This document shows, piece after piece, positions 32,671-35,274 of a stretch of 35,274 nt of DNA. The notes under the pieces are model-generated. The model ran no database searches. It saw nothing but the letters and a program-made list of their open reading frames with translations, and was not told the DNA's origin. Source of the DNA: Licmophora abbreviata (lineage: Eukaryota); the NCBI GenBank assembly GCA_900291995.1, contig OLMU01003074.1, positions 1-35,274 of the forward strand, read 5' to 3'. The position numbers and the translations under genes are program-made. The stretch's first letter is position 1; each line of letters opens with the position of its first letter.

Positions 32671-35274
32671 CTACTTGGAAGAATCGTTGGCAACCAAGTA
32701 TTGCGCCTCGTCGCCAGTATGCAAACGCTTCATAGCGGCAGCGGTCCCTGATCCACGTTTGGAGCTCCTGTGCTTAGACTTCTTTTTCTTTCTAGGGGAG
32801 ACGTCAAGAAGCTCAATAATGAGGGGTGGACCCCTCTTGCGGTTCTTAGTACGAGATTTCCCCTTCTTCTTGAAAGGAGCGGGGCTGTCTCGCCACACCG
32901 GCTCTTGAATCTTCTTCGAGTACGTGATCAGCGACTGAGACGCGACGGTGTCAGGCACGAATGCGGGCTTGGATCGGATACTCTTGGTATCAGAATCTAG
33001 TGACCTCTCTCGGCCGGTGCTCGAAGGTGCGTCGGCTCTCTCTGTCAACACACCAGGTGCTTCGGGAAGCGGTGAGCCTTCAACAGGCTTCAAAACTTCT
33101 GTACGCATCTTCTTCTCGTCATTCGAAGCACTCCTGGAGGGAAGCGAAGCGCCCTTCGCCGTGGTGATAAAACTGGTAAGCGGATTGAACGGAAGGCGCG
33201 TTGTTCTTGTTGGGTGAGACTTCTTCACTAGAAACGAGGGCCGCTCAGCTTGTGTTTGATCGTGATCTCTGTTAGCAACAGGATCAACGTTTTCTTTGTC
33301 GTCGACAATACACTCGCTGACAATTGAACGCTCCGAAGCCGTCGCATTGCTGTGGGGCGGGAGTGTCGAGACGTAAGAAAAGTCGTCCGGTTCATCTTGC
33401 ATCGTCGCTGCATCGCCATTTGTGTCCAAGACTAGCTGTTCCTTCTGTTCCGACGGTTGATTCTGCAAACGCTGTAACCAATTCAGCTTTTCGGCCGACA
33501 CATACTCAACTTCGAGCACGCAAGAGCTTGGTGCGGGTGCCGTCGACAAACGAGCATCGATCACGTTGGCATCCATGGTGTCACTCGTCTTCTCCGCAAC
33601 TTGGTCCTGCAAGCCGATCTCCGGTGCCGGCTCATTCGACACAATGTCGGCCGCATCGTTTGCAGCATTAGATGGGTTCACACGCGTCCCTTCGTCAGAC
33701 AAGTTTCGCACAATATCCCCTCTGGCTCGTTCGGCTGCTAAGTCGGTAGAGTCCTCTTCCATGTCAAACGATACCGACGAGGAGCCTCCGTTGCTCATTT
33801 CTTTTGCATCCACGTATCCCCCGAAAGGACAGGCCAACCTCGCGGTCGTATTCAAAGCAGCATACTCGTCGTTGACCCGTTTGGCTCTTTGTACGAGCTT
33901 CGGTTCTTCATTTTCATCATCACTGTCTTCGTCGGAGTCAATGAAAATACACGTCGACTTGGAACATGTAATCACGGTCGACGGGTGGCGCTCCTGAACA
34001 CATCGGCGTGTCGAAGAAGGCGTTGCCGCTGTGGCAAAGCATAGACGGCGGGGCTGCATAGGTGTCGACATACTAGGGATCGCCGACACCGCATTATTCG
34101 ACAGAGGTAGAATGGCATCCACCAGACCATTGTTTCCGAACACGGAAGGGTCCATGATTTGTCGTCTCAAGATCGGAGGTGAGACGAGGCCATCCTCTAT
34201 CGTGCTGTCGCTGGATATTTCTTCACTGAATTGCGGCGCGACGGCTGCAAGAGACAAAGGTCGACGACGGACCAGAGCAGGAGGAGGAGAAAACGGAGCA
34301 CTTGACCCTGGTGAAGGCTCGATTTGACTTTCCTCTCGATGACGATGATACTCGTGTATGACGTGAACGGCGCCATCCTCGTCGTTCGTCACAGATAGGT
34401 CGTCTTTGTAGCCAGACAGACGAGAATGCAGTAATGTCGTCATGCGGCGAAGCATTATGAGCGAGACTGCAGCAACCAAGACAAGAGCCAGCAGACCACT
34501 CTTTGTCGCCACTTCATACATGGAATGTCGATCCGTGGTGGCTGCATCCGTTGGAAGATTGAATCTCTCTTGACTCGATCGGAAATAGCACATCGAAGTT
34601 CCGGTCAGATCCACTGTGACGAGAGGATTACTCCCACGAGCTATAGGAACGTTAGCCAGTCTTCGTGTGACAATACGGGGCGAGAAAGAAGGAGCAGTGG
34701 TTGGTATAGTACTAGTAGCAGCATCCATGCCCACGGAATGCTCAATCAATGCGACGACGAGTGTACGCGTAGTATCGGCCTGTTGTCCCAACGCGACAAG
34801 CGGAAGGACGAGAGACAGAGTAGCCTGTCCATGGTAGATGGAAGAGCCAACATCAGCCCAGCGCAGTCGGATAGAGTCGTTCGTACGAAGTGGTTCCGAT
34901 AGGTTGACAGTCGTCGATGGCAGCTCTTCCGTGGTGACGCTCCAAGTGGTAGTATCTCCACCCAAGTTAGGAAGCAACAAATTTCTTGTTGGGTGTCCAT
35001 CCAGATCTTGATCGTGATGAGATTGGATTGCACCTGAACAGTGAACAGACACTTGGATATGAAGAATGACATGCTGGTTGACGGAGAGTCCCGCGCGACT
35101 GCCTTGAGCTACAATAGATCCCTGATGCGAGCCGCCGTCGTGCTCTCTTTCCTCTACCGACTCTATCCATGCAGCTTCGGATGGGGGAGAGGAGGGTAGA
35201 TACTGCGAGTCGCACGGAGAGAGGAGACAAGCGAGACAGACTGCGGCACACAGCACGAAGCATGATGATCCGTG
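32671..35274 (-). CDS. Unknown protein, 5'-truncated by the window edge; hydrophobic N-terminus, one TM segment, long disordered tail with basic C-terminus
   Basis: Frame open from the window end to the stop at 32671 (>860 aa). TM 'GLLALVLVAAVSLIML'; KKKGKSR and RKKKKSKHR clusters. Confidence 0.7.
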   Translation of the reverse strand, partial: HGSSCFVLCAAVCLACLLSPCDSQYLPSSPPSEAAWIESVEEREHDGGSHQGSIVAQGSRAGLSVNQHVILHIQVSVHCSGAIQSHHDQDLDGHPTRNLLLPNLGGDTTTWSVTTEELPSTTVNLSEPLRTNDSIRLRWADVGSSIYHGQATLSLVLPLVALGQQADTTRTLVVALIEHSVGMDAATSTIPTTAPSFSPRIVTRRLANVPIARGSNPLVTVDLTGTSMCYFRSSQERFNLPTDAATTDRHSMYEVATKSGLLALVLVAAVSLIMLRRMTTLLHSRLSGYKDDLSVTNDEDGAVHVIHEYHRHREESQIEPSPGSSAPFSPPPALVRRRPLSLAAVAPQFSEEISSDSTIEDGLVSPPILRRQIMDPSVFGNNGLVDAILPLSNNAVSAIPSMSTPMQPRRLCFATAATPSSTRRCVQERHPSTVITCSKSTCIFIDSDEDSDDENEEPKLVQRAKRVNDEYAALNTTARLACPFGGYVDAKEMSNGGSSSVSFDMEEDSTDLAAERARGDIVRNLSDEGTRVNPSNAANDAADIVSNEPAPEIGLQDQVAEKTSDTMDANVIDARLSTAPAPSSCVLEVEYVSAEKLNWLQRLQNQPSEQKEQLVLDTNGDAATMQDEPDDFSYVSTLPPHSNATASERSIVSECIVDDKENVDPVANRDHDQTQAERPSFLVKKSHPTRTTRLPFNPLTSFITTAKGASLPSRSASNDEKKMRTEVLKPVEGSPLPEAPGVLTERADAPSSTGRERSLDSDTKSIRSKPAFVPDTVASQSLITYSKKIQEPVWRDSPAPFKKKGKSRTKNRKRGPPLIIELLDVSPRKKKKSKHRSSKRGSGTAAAMKRLHTGDEAQYLVANDSSK

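Noticed and set aside
1..35274. tRNA/rRNA genes, CRISPR arrays, transposons or prokaryotic operons
   Set aside because: None recognised by eye; the spliced gene structure shows a eukaryotic nuclear locus. A tRNAscan-SE/Rfam run would be needed to exclude small RNAs.

Overview
Gene-dense eukaryotic genomic DNA, most likely a diatom. This is inferred from short GT-AG introns (mostly 65-110 nt), compact intergenic spacers and a signal peptide followed by a Phe-type bipartite plastid presequence on IDI. About 16 protein-coding genes can be modelled: a GT4-like glycosyltransferase, a sulfotransferase-like protein, a DUF676 esterase, a PDI/thioredoxin-fold selenoprotein, a syntaxin, IDI, a DUF501 protein, a formiminotransferase-like protein, a RING-H2 ligase, TBCC, Mps1/TTK kinase, a ~2,800-aa HECT E3 ligase, an MFS transporter, Mpv17/PMP22 and two unknown membrane proteins. 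The standout is at 5317-6012. The ORF track splits it in two, but it reads as one ER-type PDI-like protein whose CGHC active site is encoded TGA-GGA-TGA-TGA (Sec-Gly-Sec-Sec, UGUU), with a canonical type-2 SECIS hairpin about 70 nt after the real stop. Other points: an apparent frameshift at a T6 run in a syntaxin that also lacks a transmembrane anchor, and E2F-like TTTGGCG motifs in all four head-to-head intergenic regions. All family assignments come from recognising motifs by eye; no database searches were run.
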